Sequence record: PX132564.1
DNA: 47,573 nt
Direction: 5' to 3' (one strand)
DNA from: a phage
Made by a program: the position numbers and the translations under genes. Shown here piece by piece: positions 1 to 14,080 of this stretch (positions within the stretch are counted from its first letter, which is position 1; each line of letters starts with the position of its first letter). Under the pieces are notes generated by a model. That model had not been told where the DNA came from. It made no database searches and saw nothing but the letters and a program-made list of their open reading frames with translations.

Positions 1-139
1 GGCGTTTCCGTTCTTCTTCGCCGTAACTTAATGTTTTTATTTAAAACACTCCCTGAAAAGAAAGGAAACGACAGGTGCTGAAAACGGGCTTTTTGGCCTC
101 TGTCGTTTCCTTTCTCTGTTTTTGTCCGTGGAATGAACA
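1..139 (+). other. cosB-like terminase-binding leader upstream of nu1 (continuation of the cos region across the window join)
   Basis: Window end plus window start reads GGGCGGCGACCTCGCGGGTTTTCGC...TTTAAGGCGTTTCCGTTCTTCTTCG, matching the lambda left-end/cosB leader as I recall it; nu1 follows immediately. Confidence 0.55.
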
Positions 140-659
140 ATGGAAGTCAACAAAAAGCAGCTGGCTGACATTTTCGGCGCGAGTATCCGTACTATTCAGA
201 ACTGGCAGGAGCAGGGAATGCCCGTTCTGCGAGGCGGTGGGAAGGGTAATGAGGTGCTTTATGACTCTGCCGACGTCATAAAATGGTATGCCGAAAGGGA
301 TGCTGAAATTGAGAACGAAAAGCTGCGCCGGGAGGTTGAAGAACTGCGACAGGCCAGCGAGACAGATCTCCAGCCAGGGACTATTGAGTACGAACGCCAT
401 CGACTTACGCGTGCGCAGGCCGACGCACAGGAGCTGAAAAATGCCAGAGACTCCGCTGAAGTGGTGGAAACCGCATTCTGTACTTTCGTGCTGTCGCGGA
501 TCGCAGGTGAAATTGCCAGTATTCTCGACGGGATCCCCCTGTCGGTGCAGCGGCGTTTTCCGGAACTGGAAAACCGACATGTTGATTTCCTGAAACGGGA
601 TATCATCAAAGCCATGAACAAAGCAGCCGCGCTGGATGAACTGATACCGGGGTTGCTGA

Positions 660-685
<26 letters not shown>
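140..685 (+). CDS. nu1: terminase small subunit Nu1
   Basis: 181-aa ORF MEVNKKQLADIFGASIRTIQNWQEQGMPV..., essentially the lambda Nu1 sequence; first gene after cos. Confidence 0.95.
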
Positions 686-4366
<3,681 letters not shown>

Positions 4367-4386
<20 letters not shown>

Positions 4387-5686
4387 TCTCCCGCATATTG
4401 CCAGTATGGCCTTTAATGAGCCGCTGATGCTTGAACCCGCCTATGCGCGGGTTTTCTTTTGTGCGCTTGCAGGCCAGCTTGGGATCAGCCGCCTGACGGA
4501 TGCGGTATCCGGCGACAGCCTGACTGCCGGAGAGGCACCCGCGGCGCTGGCGTTATCCGTTGATGATGACGGACCACGACAGGCCCGCAGTTATCAGGTC
4601 ATGAACGGCATCGCCGTGCTGCCGGTGTCCGGCACGCTGGTCAGTCGGACGCGAGCGCTGCAGCCGTATTCGGGGATGACCGGTTACAACGGCATTATCG
4701 CCCGTCTGCAACAGGCTGCCAGCGACCCGATGGTGGACGGCATTCTGCTCGATATGGATACGCCAGGCGGGATGGTGGCAGGGGCATTTGACTGCGCTGA
4801 CATCATCGCCCGTGTGCGTGACATAAAGCCGGTATGGGCGCTGGCCAACGACATGAACTGCAGTGCAGGTCAGTTGCTTGCCAGCGCCGCCTCCCGACGT
4901 CTGGTCACGCAGACCGCCCGGACAGGCTCCATCGGCGTCATGATGGCTCACAGTAATTACGGTGCTGCGCTGGAGAAACAGGGCGTGGAAATCACGCTGA
5001 TTTACAGCGGCAGCCATAAGGTGGATGGCAACCCCTACAGCCATCTACCGGATGATGTCCGGGAAACACTGCAGTCCCGGATGGATGCAACCCGCCGGAT
5101 GTTTGCACAGAAGGTGTCGGCATATACCGGCCTGTCCGTGCAGGCTGTGCTGGATACCGAGGCTGCAGTGTACAGCGGTCAGGAGGCCATTGATGCCGGA
5201 CTGGCTGATGAACTTGTTAACAGTACCGATGCGATCACCGTCATGCGTGATGCACTGGATGCACGTAAATCCCGTCTCTCAGGAGGGCGAATGACCAAAG
5301 AGACTCAATCAACAACTGTTTCAGCCACTGCTTCGCAGGCTGACGTTACTGGCGTGGTGCCAGCGACGGAGGGCGAGAACGCCAGCGCTGCGCAGCCGGA
5401 CGTGAACGCGCAGATCACCGCAGCGGTTGCGGCAGAAAACAGTCGCATTATGGGGATCCTCAACTGTGAGGAAGCTCACGGACGCGAAGAACAGGCACGC
5501 GTGCTGGCCGAAACCCCTGGTATGACCGTGGAAACGGCCCGCCGCATTCTGGCAGTTGCACCACAGAGTGCACAGGCGCGCAGTGACACTGCGCTGGATC
5601 GTCTGATGCAGGGGGCACCGGCACCGCTGGCTGCAGGTAACCTGGCATCTGATGCCGTTAACGATTTGCTGAACACACCAGTGTAA
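4367..5686 (+). CDS. C: capsid maturation protease / minor capsid protein C
   Basis: Lambda gpC-like sequence beginning (V/M)TAELRNLPHIASMAFNEPLMLEP...; GTG start at 4367 within the longer track ORF 4232-5686. Confidence 0.9.
5081..5686 (+). CDS. nu3: scaffolding protein Nu3 (in-frame internal start within C)
   Basis: ATG at 5081 in the C frame about 201 codons before the shared stop, as in lambda C/Nu3. Confidence 0.6.
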   Translation: MDATRRMFAQKVSAYTGLSVQAVLDTEAAVYSGQEAIDAGLADELVNSTDAITVMRDALDARKSRLSGGRMTKETQSTTVSATASQADVTGVVPATEGENASAAQPDVNAQITAAVAAENSRIMGILNCEEAHGREEQARVLAETPGMTVETARRILAVAPQSAQARSDTALDRLMQGAPAPLAAGNLASDAVNDLLNTPV

Positions 5687-5695
5687 GGGATGTTT

Positions 5696-6028
5696 ATGAC
5701 GAGCAAAGAAACCTTTACCCATTACCAGCCGCTGGGCAACAGTGACCCGGCTCATACCGCAACCGCGCCCGGCGGATTGAGTGCGAAAGCGCCTGCAATG
5801 ACCCCGCTGATGCTGGACACCTCCAGCCGTAAGCTGGTTGCGTGGGATGGCACCACCGACGGTGCTGCCGTTGGCATTCTTGCGGTTGCTGCTGACCAGA
5901 CCAGCACCACGCTGACGTTCTACAAGTCCGGCACGTTCCGTTATGAGGATGTGCTCTGGCCGGAGGCTGCCAGCGACGAGACGAAAAAACGGACCGCGTT
6001 TGCCGGAACGGCAATCAGCATCGTTTAA
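5696..6028 (+). CDS. D: head decoration protein D
   Basis: [31 protein letters not shown]..., lambda gpD-like, 110 aa. Confidence 0.92.
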   Translation: MTSKETFTHYQPLGNSDPAHTATAPGGLSAKAPAMTPLMLDTSSRKLVAWDGTTDGAAVGILAVAADQTSTTLTFYKSGTFRYEDVLWPEAASDETKKRTAFAGTAISIV

Positions 6029-6048
6029 CTTTACCCTTCATCACTAAA

Positions 6049-6070
6049 GGCCGCCTGTGCGGCTTTTTTT
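6049..6070 (+). terminator. hairpin GCCGC-ctgt-GCGGC followed by a T7 run between D and E
   Basis: GC stem plus TTTTTTT seen directly in sequence; probably a partial terminator since E must be expressed. Confidence 0.45.
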
Positions 6071-6083
6071 ACGGGATTTTTTT

Positions 6084-7109
6084 ATGTCGATGTACACAAC
6101 CGCCCAGCTGCTGGCGGCAAATGAGCAGAAATTTAAGTTTGATCCGCTGTTTCTGCGTCTCTTTTTCCGTGAGAGCTATCCCTTCACCACGGAGAAAGTC
6201 TATCTCTCACAAATTCCGGGACTGGTAAACATGGCGCTGTACGTTTCGCCGATTGTTTCCGGTGAGGTTATCCGTTCCCGTGGCGGCTCCACCTCTGAAT
6301 TTACGCCGGGATATGTCAAGCCGAAGCATGAAGTGAATCCGCAGATGACCCTGCGTCGCCTGCCGGATGAAGATCCGCAGAATCTGGTGGACCCGGCTTA
6401 CCGCCGCCGTCGCATCATCATGCAGAACATGCGTGACGAAGAGCTGGCCATTGCTCAGGTCGAAGAGATGCAGGCAGTTTCTGCCGTGCTTAAGGGCAAA
6501 TACACCATGACCGGTGAAGCCTTCGATCCGGTTGAGGTGGATATGGGCCGCAGTGAGGAGAATAACATCACGCAGTCCGGCGGCACGGAGTGGAGCAAGC
6601 GTGACAAGTCCACGTATGACCCGACCGACGATATCGAAGCCTACGCGCTGAACGCCAGCGGTGTGGTGAATATCATCGTGTTCGATCCGAAAGGCTGGGC
6701 GCTGTTCCGTTCCTTCAAAGCCGTCAAGGAGAAGCTGGATACCCGTCGTGGTTCTAATTCCGAGCTGGAGACAGCGGTGAAAGACCTGGGTAAAGCGGTG
6801 TCCTATAAGGGGATGTATGGCGATGTGGCCATCGTCGTGTATTCCGGACAGTACGTGGAAAACGGCGTCAAAAAGAACTTCCTGCCGGACAACACGATGG
6901 TGCTGGGGAACACTCAGGCACGCGGTCTGCGCACCTATGGCTGCATTCAGGATGCGGACGCACAGCTCGAAGGCATTAACGCCTCTGCCCGTTACCCGAA
7001 AAACTGGGTGACCACCGGCGATCCGGCGCGTGAGTTCACCATGATTCAGTCAGCACCGCTGATGCTGCTGGCTGACCCTGATGAGTTCGTGTCCGTACAA
7101 CTGGCGTAA
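6084..7109 (+). CDS. E: major capsid protein E
   Basis: MSMYTTAQLLAANEQKFKFDPLFLRLFFRESYPFTTEKVYL..., lambda gpE-like, 341 aa; start at internal ATG of track ORF 6057-7109. Confidence 0.95.
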   Translation: MSMYTTAQLLAANEQKFKFDPLFLRLFFRESYPFTTEKVYLSQIPGLVNMALYVSPIVSGEVIRSRGGSTSEFTPGYVKPKHEVNPQMTLRRLPDEDPQNLVDPAYRRRRIIMQNMRDEELAIAQVEEMQAVSAVLKGKYTMTGEAFDPVEVDMGRSEENNITQSGGTEWSKRDKSTYDPTDDIEAYALNASGVVNIIVFDPKGWALFRSFKAVKEKLDTRRGSNSELETAVKDLGKAVSYKGMYGDVAIVVYSGQYVENGVKKNFLPDNTMVLGNTQARGLRTYGCIQDADAQLEGINASARYPKNWVTTGDPAREFTMIQSAPLMLLADPDEFVSVQLA

Positions 7110-7150
7110 TCATGGCCCTTCGGGGCCATTGTTTCTCTGTGGAGGAGTCC

Positions 7151-7549
7151 ATGACGAAAGATGAACTGATTGCCCGTCTCCGCTCGCTGGGTGAACAACT
7201 GAACCGTGATGTCAGCCTGACGGGGACGAAAGAAGAACTGGCGCTCCGTGTGGCAGAGCTGGAAGAGGAGCTTGATGACACGGATGAAACTGCCGGTCAG
7301 GACACCCCTCTCAGCCGGGAAAATGTGCTGACCGGACATGAAAATGAGGTGGGATCAGCGCAGCCGGATACCGTGATTCTGGATACGTCTGAACTGGTCA
7401 CGGTCGTGGCACTGGTGACGCTGCATACTGATGCACTTCACGCCACGCGGGATGAACCTGTGGCATTTGTGCTTCCGGGAACGGCGTTCCGTGTCTCTGC
7501 CGGTGTGGCAGCCGAAATGACAGAACGTGGCCTGGCCAGAATGCAATAA
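7151..7549 (+). CDS. FI: DNA packaging protein FI
   Basis: MTKDELIARLRSLGEQLNRDVSLTGTKEEL..., lambda FI-like; start at internal ATG of track ORF. Confidence 0.9.
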   Translation: MTKDELIARLRSLGEQLNRDVSLTGTKEELALRVAELEEELDDTDETAGQDTPLSRENVLTGHENEVGSAQPDTVILDTSELVTVVALVTLHTDALHATRDEPVAFVLPGTAFRVSAGVAAEMTERGLARMQ

Positions 7550-7560
7550 CGGGAGGCGCT

Positions 7561-7914
7561 GTGGCTGATTTCGATAACCTGTTCGATGCTGCCATTGTCC
7601 GCGCCGATGAAACGATACGCGGGTACATGGGAACGTCAGCCACCATGACATCCGGTGAGCAGTCCGGCGCAGTAATACGTGGTGTTTTTGATGACCCTGA
7701 AAATATCAGCTATGCCGGACAGGGCGTGCGCGTTGAAGGCTCCAGCCCGTCCCTGTTTGTCCGGACTGATGATGTGCGGCAGCTGCGGCGCGGCGACACG
7801 CTGACCATCGGTGAGGAAAACTTCTGGATAGACCGGATTTCGACGGATGATGGCGGAAGCTGTCATCTCTGGCTTGGGCGTGGCGTGCCGCCTGCCGTTA
7901 ACCGTCGTCGCTGA
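7561..7914 (+). CDS. FII: head-tail connector FII
   Basis: MADFDNLFDAAIVRADETIRGYMGTSAT..., lambda FII-like, 117 aa. Confidence 0.9.
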   Translation: MADFDNLFDAAIVRADETIRGYMGTSATMTSGEQSGAVIRGVFDDPENISYAGQGVRVEGSSPSLFVRTDDVRQLRRGDTLTIGEENFWIDRISTDDGGSCHLWLGRGVPPAVNRRR

Positions 7915-7925
7915 AGGGGGGATGT

Positions 7926-8504
7926 ATGGCCATAAAAGGTCTTGAGCAGGCCGTTGAAAACCTCAGCCGTATCAGCAGAACGGCGGTGCCCGGTGCCGCC
8001 GCAATGGCCATTAACCGCGTTGCTTCATCCGCGATATCGCAGTCGGCGTCACAGGTTGCCCGTGAGACAAAGGTACGCCGGAAACTGGTAAAGGAAAGGG
8101 CCAGGCTGAAAAGGGCCACGGTCAAAAATCCGCAGGCCAGAATCAAGGTTAACCGGGGGGATTTGCCCGTAATCAGGCTGGGTAACGCGCGGGTTGTCCT
8201 GTCCCGACGCAGGCGTCGTAAAAAGGGGCAGCGTTCATCCCTGAAAGGTGGCGACAGCGTGCTTGTGGTGGGAAACCGTCGTATTCCCGGCGCGTTTATT
8301 CAGCAACTGAAAAATGGCCGATGGCATGTCATGCAGCGTGTGGCCGGGAAAAACCGTTACCCCATTGATGTGGTGAAAATCCCGATGGCAGTGCCGCTGA
8401 CCACGGCGTTTAAACAGAATATTGAGCGGATACGGCGTGAACGTCTTCCGAAAGAGCTGGGCTATGCGCTGCAGCATCAACTGAGGATGGTAATAAAGCG
8501 ATGA
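7926..8504 (+). CDS. Z: tail completion protein Z
   Basis: 192-aa ORF in lambda Z position and size. Confidence 0.88.
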   Translation: MAIKGLEQAVENLSRISRTAVPGAAAMAINRVASSAISQSASQVARETKVRRKLVKERARLKRATVKNPQARIKVNRGDLPVIRLGNARVVLSRRRRRKKGQRSSLKGGDSVLVVGNRRIPGAFIQQLKNGRWHVMQRVAGKNRYPIDVVKIPMAVPLTTAFKQNIERIRRERLPKELGYALQHQLRMVIKR

Positions 8505-8896
8505 AACATACAGAACTCCGTGCAGCCGTACTGGATGCACTGGAAAAACATGACACCGGGGCGACGCTTTTTGATGGTCGCCCCGCTGTTTTTGATGAGG
8601 AGGATTTTCCGGCAGTTGCCGTTTATCTCACCGGCGCTGAATACACGGGCGAAGAGCTGGACAGCGATACCTGGCAGGCGGAGCTGCATATTGAAGTTTT
8701 CCTGCCTGCTCAGGTGCCGGATTCAGAGCTGGATTCGTGGATGGAGTCCCGGATTTATCCGGTGATGAGCGATGTCCCGGCACTGTCAGATTTGATCACC
8801 AGTATGGTGGCCAGTGGCTATGACTACCGGCGCGACGATGATGCGGGCCTGTGGAGTTCAGCCGATCTGACTTATGTCATTACCTATGAAATGTGA
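8501..8896 (+). CDS. U: tail terminator protein U
   Basis: 131-aa ORF, lambda gpU-like, coupled to Z. Confidence 0.9.
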   Translation: MKHTELRAAVLDALEKHDTGATLFDGRPAVFDEEDFPAVAVYLTGAEYTGEELDSDTWQAELHIEVFLPAQVPDSELDSWMESRIYPVMSDVPALSDLITSMVASGYDYRRDDDAGLWSSADLTYVITYEM

Positions 8897-8903
8897 GGAC
8901 GAT

Positions 8904-9644
8904 ATGCCTGTACCAAATCCAGTAATGCCGGTGAAAGGGGCCGGGACCACCCTGTGGGTTTATAAGGGGAACGGTGACCCTTATGCGAACCCGCTTTCAG
9001 ACGTTGACTGGTCGCGTCTGGCTAAAGTTAAAGACCTGACGCCCGGCGAACTGAGCGCTGAGTCCTATGACGACAGCTATCTCGATGATGAAGATGCGGA
9101 CTGGACTGCGACCGGGCAGGGGCAGAAATCTGCCGGAGATACCAGCTTCACGCTGGCGTGGATGCCCGGAGAGCAGGGGCAGCAGGCGCTGCTGGCGTGG
9201 TTTAATGAAGGGGATACCCGTGCCTATAAAATCCGCTTCCCGAACGGCACGGTCGATGTGTTCCGCGGCTGGGTCAGCAGTATCGGTAAGGCGGTGACGG
9301 CGAAGGAAGTGATCACCCGCACGGTGAAAGTCACCAACGTGGGACGTCCGTCGATGGCAGAAGATCGCAGCACGGTGACGGCGACAACCGGCATGACGGT
9401 GACACCCGCCAGTGCTTCCGTAGTGAAAGGGCAGAGCACTACGCTGACCGTGGCATTCCAGCCGGAGGGCGCAACCGACAAGAGCTTCCGTGCGGTGTCT
9501 GCGGATAAAACAAAAGCCACCGTGTCGGTCAGCGGTATGACCATCACCGTGAACGGCGTTGCTGCAGGCAAGGTCAACATTCCGGTTGTATCCGGTAATG
9601 GTGAGTTTGCTGCGGTTGCAGAAATCACCGTCACCGCCAGTTAA
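8904..9644 (+). CDS. V: major tail tube protein V
   Basis: [31 protein letters not shown]..., lambda gpV-like including the C-terminal Ig-like region. Confidence 0.92.
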   Translation: MPVPNPVMPVKGAGTTLWVYKGNGDPYANPLSDVDWSRLAKVKDLTPGELSAESYDDSYLDDEDADWTATGQGQKSAGDTSFTLAWMPGEQGQQALLAWFNEGDTRAYKIRFPNGTVDVFRGWVSSIGKAVTAKEVITRTVKVTNVGRPSMAEDRSTVTATTGMTVTPASASVVKGQSTTLTVAFQPEGATDKSFRAVSADKTKATVSVSGMTITVNGVAAGKVNIPVVSGNGEFAAVAEITVTAS

Positions 9645-9659
9645 TCCGGAGAGTCAGCG

Positions 9660-10082
9660 ATGTTCCTGAAAACCGAATCATTTGAATATAACGGCGTGAC
9701 CGTCACGCTTTCTGAACTGTCAGCCCTGCAGCGTATTGAGCATCTTGCCCTGATGAAACGGCAGGCAGAACCGGCGGGATCCGACAGCAACCGGCAGGTT
9801 ACTGTGGAAGACGTCATCAGAACCGGCGCGTTTCTGGTGGCGATGTCCCTGTGGCATAACCATCCGAAGAAGACGCAGATGCCGTCCATGAATGAAGCCG
9901 TTAAACAGATTGAGCAGGAAGTGCTTACCACCTGGCCCACAGAGGCAATTTCTCATGCTGAAAACGTGGTGTACCGGCTGTCCGGTATGTATGAGTTTGT
10001 GGTGAATAATGCCCCCGAACAGGCAGAGGACGCCGGGCCTGCAGAGCCTGTTTCTGCGGGAAAGTGTTCGACGGTGAGCTGA
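9660..10082 (+). CDS. G: tail assembly chaperone G
   Basis: 140-aa ORF MFLKTESFEYNGVTVTLSELSALQRIEHL..., lambda gpG-like. Confidence 0.9.
   Translation: MFLKTESFEYNGVTVTLSELSALQRIEHLALMKRQAEPAGSDSNRQVTVEDVIRTGAFLVAMSLWHNHPKKTQMPSMNEAVKQIEQEVLTTWPTEAISHAENVVYRLSGMYEFVVNNAPEQAEDAGPAEPVSAGKCSTVS
10058..10064 (+). promoter_or_regulatory. -1 programmed ribosomal frameshift slippery heptamer G GGA AAG (G to G-T)
   Basis: GGGAAAG lies in the G reading frame as G|GGA|AAG just before the G stop, and the T frame is open from here. Confidence 0.8.
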
Positions 10083-10498
10083 GTTTTGCCCTGAAACTGG
10101 CGCGTGAGATGGGGCGACCCGACTGGCGTGCCATGCTTGCCGGGATGTCATCCACGGAGTATGCCGACTGGCACCGCTTTTACAGTACCCATTATTTTCA
10201 TGATGTTCTGCTGGATATGCACTTTTCCGGGCTGACGTACACCGTGCTCAGCCTGTTTTTCAGCGATCCGGATATGCATCCGCTGGATTTCAGTCTGCTG
10301 AACCGGCGCGAGGCTGACGAAGAGCCTGAAGATGATGTGCTGATGCAGAAAGCGGCAGGGCTTGCCGGAGGTGTCCGCTTTGGCCCGGACGGGAATGAAG
10401 TTATCCCCGCTTCCCCGGATGTGGCGGACATGACGGAGGATGACGTAATGCTGATGACAGTATCAGAAGGGATCGCAGGAGGAGTCCGGTATGGCTGA
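10064..10498 (+). CDS. T: tail assembly protein T (made as G-T fusion by -1 frameshift)
   Basis: -1 frame ORF overlapping the end of G with no independent RBS; lambda gpT-like sequence. Confidence 0.8.
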   Translation: MFDGELSFALKLAREMGRPDWRAMLAGMSSTEYADWHRFYSTHYFHDVLLDMHFSGLTYTVLSLFFSDPDMHPLDFSLLNRREADEEPEDDVLMQKAAGLAGGVRFGPDGNEVIPASPDVADMTEDDVMLMTVSEGIAGGVRYG

Positions 10499-13052
10499 AC
10501 CGGTAGGCGATCTGGTCGTTGATTTGAGTCTGGATGCGGCCAGATTTGACGAGCAGATGGCCAGAGTCAGGCGTCATTTTTCCGGTACGGAAAGTGATGC
10601 GAAAAAAACAGCGGCAGTCGTTGAACAGTCGCTGAGCCGACAGGCGCTGGCTGCACAGAAAGCGGGGATTTCCGTCGGGCAGTATAAAGCCGCCATGCGT
10701 ATGCTGCCTGCACAGTTCACCGACGTGGCCACGCAGCTTGCAGGCGGGCAAAGTCCGTGGCTGATCCTGCTGCAACAGGGGGGGCAGGTGAAGGACTCCT
10801 TCGGCGGGATGATCCCCATGTTCAGGGGGCTTGCCGGTGCGATCACCCTGCCGATGGTGGGGGCCACCTCGCTGGCGGTGGCGACCGGTGCGCTGGCGTA
10901 TGCCTGGTATCAGGGCAACTCAACCCTGTCCGATTTCAACAAAACGCTGGTCCTTTCCGGCAATCAGGCGGGTCTGACGGCAGATCGTATGCTGGTCCTG
11001 TCCAGAGCCGGGCAGGCGGCAGGGCTGACGTTTAACCAGACCAGCGAGTCACTCAGCGCACTGGTTAAGGCGGGGGTAAGCGGTGAGGCTCAGATTGCGT
11101 CCATCAGCCAGAGTGTGGCGCGTTTCTCCTCTGCATCCGGCGTGGAGGTGGACAAGGTCGCTGAAGCCTTCGGGAAGCTGACCACAGACCCGACGTCGGG
11201 GCTGACGGCGATGGCACGCCAGTTCCATAACGTGACGGCGGAGCAGATTGCGTATGTTGCTCAGTTGCAGCGTTCCGGCGATGAAGCCGGGGCATTGCAG
11301 GCGGCGAACGAGGCCGCAACGAAAGGGTTTGATGACCAGACCCGCCGCCTGAAAGAGAACATGGGCACGCTGGAGACCTGGGCAGACAGGACTGCGCGGG
11401 CATTCAAATCCATGTGGGATGCGGTGCTGGATATTGGTCGTCCTGATACCGCGCAGGAGATGCTGATTAAGGCAGAGGCTGCGTTTAAGAAAGCAGACGA
11501 CATCTGGAATCTGCGCAAGGATGATTATTTTGTTAACGATGAAGCGCGGGCGCGTTACTGGGATGATCGTGAAAAGGCCCGTCTTGCGCTTGAAGCCGCC
11601 CGAAAGAAGGCTGAACAGCAGAGTCAACAGGACAAAAATGCGCAGCAGCAGAGCGATACCGAAGCGTCACGGCTGAAATATACCGAAGAGGCGCAGAAGG
11701 CTTACGAACGGCTGCAGACGCCGCTGGAGAAATATGCCGCCCGTCAGGAAGAACTGAATAAGGCCCTGAAAGACGGAAAAATCCTGCAGGCAGATTACAA
11801 CACGCTGATGGCGGCAGCGAAAAAGGACTATGAAACGACACTGAAAAAGCCGAAGCAGTCCGGCGTGAAGGTGTCTGCGGGCGATCGTCAGGAAGACAGT
11901 GCTCATGCTGCCCTGCTGACGCTTCAGGCTGAACTCCGGACGCTGGAGAAGCATGCCGGAGCAAATGAGAAAATCAGCCAGCAGCGCCGGGATTTGTGGA
12001 AGGCGGAGAGTCAGTTCGCGGTACTGGAGGAGGCGGCGCAACGTCGCCAGCTGTCTGTACAGGAGAAATCCCTGCTGGCGCATAAAGATGAGACGCTGGA
12101 GTACAAACGCCAGCTGGCTGCACTTGGCGACAAGGTTACGTATCAGGAGCGCCTGAACGCGCTGGCGCAGCAGGCGGATAAATTCGCACAGCAGCAACGG
12201 GCAAAACGGGCCGCCATTGATGCGAAAAGCCGGGGGCTGACTGACCGGCAGGCAGAACGGGAAGCCACGGAACAGCGCCTGAAGGAACAGTATGGCGATA
12301 ATCCGCTGGCGCTGAATAACGTCATGTCAGAGCAGAAAAAGACCTGGGCGGCTGAAGACCAGCTTCGCGGGAACTGGATGGCAGGCCTGAAGTCCGGCTG
12401 GAGTGAGTGGGAAGAGAGCGCCACGGACAGTATGTCGCAGGTAAAAAGTGCAGCCACGCAGACCTTTGATGGTATTGCACAGAATATGGCGGCGATGCTG
12501 ACCGGCAGTGAGCAGAACTGGCGCAGCTTCACCCGTTCCGTGCTGTCCATGATGACAGAAATTCTGCTTAAGCAGGCAATGGTGGGGATTGTCGGGAGTA
12601 TCGGCAGCGCCATTGGCGGGGCTGTTGGTGGCGGCGCATCCGCGTCAGGCGGTACAGCCATTCAGGCCGCTGCGGCGAAATTCCATTTTGCAACCGGAGG
12701 ATTTACGGGAACCGGCGGCAAATATGAGCCAGCGGGGATTGTTCACCGTGGTGAGTTTGTCTTCACGAAGGAGGCAACCAGCCGGATTGGCGTGGGGAAT
12801 CTTTACCGGCTGATGCGCGGCTATGCCACCGGCGGTTATGTCGGTACACCGGGCAGCATGGCAGACAGCCGGTCGCAGGCGTCCGGGACGTTTGAGCAGA
12901 ATAACCATGTGGTGATTAACAACGACGGCACGAACGGGCAGATAGGTCCGGCTGCTCTGAAGGCGGTGTATGACATGGCCCGCAAGGGTGCCCGTGATGA
13001 AATTCAGACACAGATGCGTGATGGTGGCCTGTTCTCCGGAGGTGGACGATGA
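10491..13052 (+). CDS. H: tail tape measure protein H
   Basis: 853-aa ORF, lambda gpH-like, coiled-coil rich. Confidence 0.95.
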   Translation: MAEPVGDLVVDLSLDAARFDEQMARVRRHFSGTESDAKKTAAVVEQSLSRQALAAQKAGISVGQYKAAMRMLPAQFTDVATQLAGGQSPWLILLQQGGQVKDSFGGMIPMFRGLAGAITLPMVGATSLAVATGALAYAWYQGNSTLSDFNKTLVLSGNQAGLTADRMLVLSRAGQAAGLTFNQTSESLSALVKAGVSGEAQIASISQSVARFSSASGVEVDKVAEAFGKLTTDPTSGLTAMARQFHNVTAEQIAYVAQLQRSGDEAGALQAANEAATKGFDDQTRRLKENMGTLETWADRTARAFKSMWDAVLDIGRPDTAQEMLIKAEAAFKKADDIWNLRKDDYFVNDEARARYWDDREKARLALEAARKKAEQQSQQDKNAQQQSDTEASRLKYTEEAQKAYERLQTPLEKYAARQEELNKALKDGKILQADYNTLMAAAKKDYETTLKKPKQSGVKVSAGDRQEDSAHAALLTLQAELRTLEKHAGANEKISQQRRDLWKAESQFAVLEEAAQRRQLSVQEKSLLAHKDETLEYKRQLAALGDKVTYQERLNALAQQADKFAQQQRAKRAAIDAKSRGLTDRQAEREATEQRLKEQYGDNPLALNNVMSEQKKTWAAEDQLRGNWMAGLKSGWSEWEESATDSMSQVKSAATQTFDGIAQNMAAMLTGSEQNWRSFTRSVLSMMTEILLKQAMVGIVGSIGSAIGGAVGGGASASGGTAIQAAAAKFHFATGGFTGTGGKYEPAGIVHRGEFVFTKEATSRIGVGNLYRLMRGYATGGYVGTPGSMADSRSQASGTFEQNNHVVINNDGTNGQIGPAALKAVYDMARKGARDEIQTQMRDGGLFSGGGR

Positions 13053-13378
13053 AGACCTTCCGCTGGAAAGTGAAACCCGGTATGGATGTGGCTTCGGTCC
13101 CTTCTGTAAGAAAGGTGCGCTTTGGTGATGGCTATTCTCAGCGAGCGCCTGCCGGGCTGAATGCCAACCTGAAAACGTACAGCGTGACGCTTTCTGTCCC
13201 CCGTGAGGAGGCCACGGTACTGGAGTCGTTTCTGGAAGAGCACGGGGGCTGGAAATCCTTTCTGTGGACGCCGCCTTATGAGTGGCAGCAGATAAAGGTG
13301 ACCTGCGCAAAATGGTCGTCGCGGGTCAGTATGCTGCGTGTTGAGTTCAGCGCAGAGTTTGAACAGGTGGTGAACTGA
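13049..13378 (+). CDS. M: tail tip protein M
   Basis: 109-aa ORF MKTFRWKVKPGMDVASVPSVRKVRFGDGYSQRA..., lambda gpM-like. Confidence 0.9.
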   Translation: MKTFRWKVKPGMDVASVPSVRKVRFGDGYSQRAPAGLNANLKTYSVTLSVPREEATVLESFLEEHGGWKSFLWTPPYEWQQIKVTCAKWSSRVSMLRVEFSAEFEQVVN

Positions 13379-14076
13379 TGCAGGATATCCGGCAGGAAAC
13401 ACTGAATGAATGCACCCGTGCGGAGCAGTCGGCCAGCGTGGTGCTCTGGGAAATCGACCTGACAGAGGTCGGTGGAGAACGTTATTTTTTCTGTAATGAG
13501 CAGAACGAAAAAGGTGAGCCGGTCACCTGGCAGGGGCGACAGTATCAGCCGTATCCCATTCAGGGGAGCGGTTTTGAACTGAATGGCAAAGGCACCAGTA
13601 CGCGCCCCACGCTGACGGTTTCTAACCTGTACGGTATGGTCACCGGGATGGCGGAAGATCTGCAGAGTCTGGTCGGCGGAACGGTGGTCCGGCGTAAGGT
13701 TTACGCCCGTTTTCTGGATGCGGTGAACTTCGTCAACGGAAACAGTTATGCCGATCCGGAGCAGGAGGTGATCAGCCGCTGGCGCATTGAGCAGTGCAGC
13801 GAACTGAGCGCGGTGAGTGCCTCCTTTGTACTGTCCACGCCGACGGAAACGGATGGCGCTGTTTTTCCGGGACGTATCATGCTGGCCAACACCTGCACCT
13901 GGACCTATCGCGGTGACGAGTGCGGTTATAGCGGTCCGGCTGTCGCGGATGAATATGACCAGCCAACGTCCGATATCACGAAGGATAAATGCAGCAAATG
14001 CCTGAGCGGTTGTAAGTTCCGCAATAACGTCGGCAACTTTGGCGGCTTCCTTTCCATTAACAAACTTTCGCAGTAA
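13378..14076 (+). CDS. L: tail tip protein L
   Basis: 232-aa ORF, lambda gpL-like, with C-terminal cysteine cluster. Confidence 0.9.
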   Translation: MQDIRQETLNECTRAEQSASVVLWEIDLTEVGGERYFFCNEQNEKGEPVTWQGRQYQPYPIQGSGFELNGKGTSTRPTLTVSNLYGMVTGMAEDLQSLVGGTVVRRKVYARFLDAVNFVNGNSYADPEQEVISRWRIEQCSELSAVSASFVLSTPTETDGAVFPGRIMLANTCTWTYRGDECGYSGPAVADEYDQPTSDITKDKCSKCLSGCKFRNNVGNFGGFLSINKLSQ

Positions 14077-14080
14077 TCCC

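Noticed and set aside
41-580. 179-aa minus-strand ORF antisense to nu1
   Set aside because: Overlaps a strongly supported lambda nu1 on the opposite strand; no independent signal.
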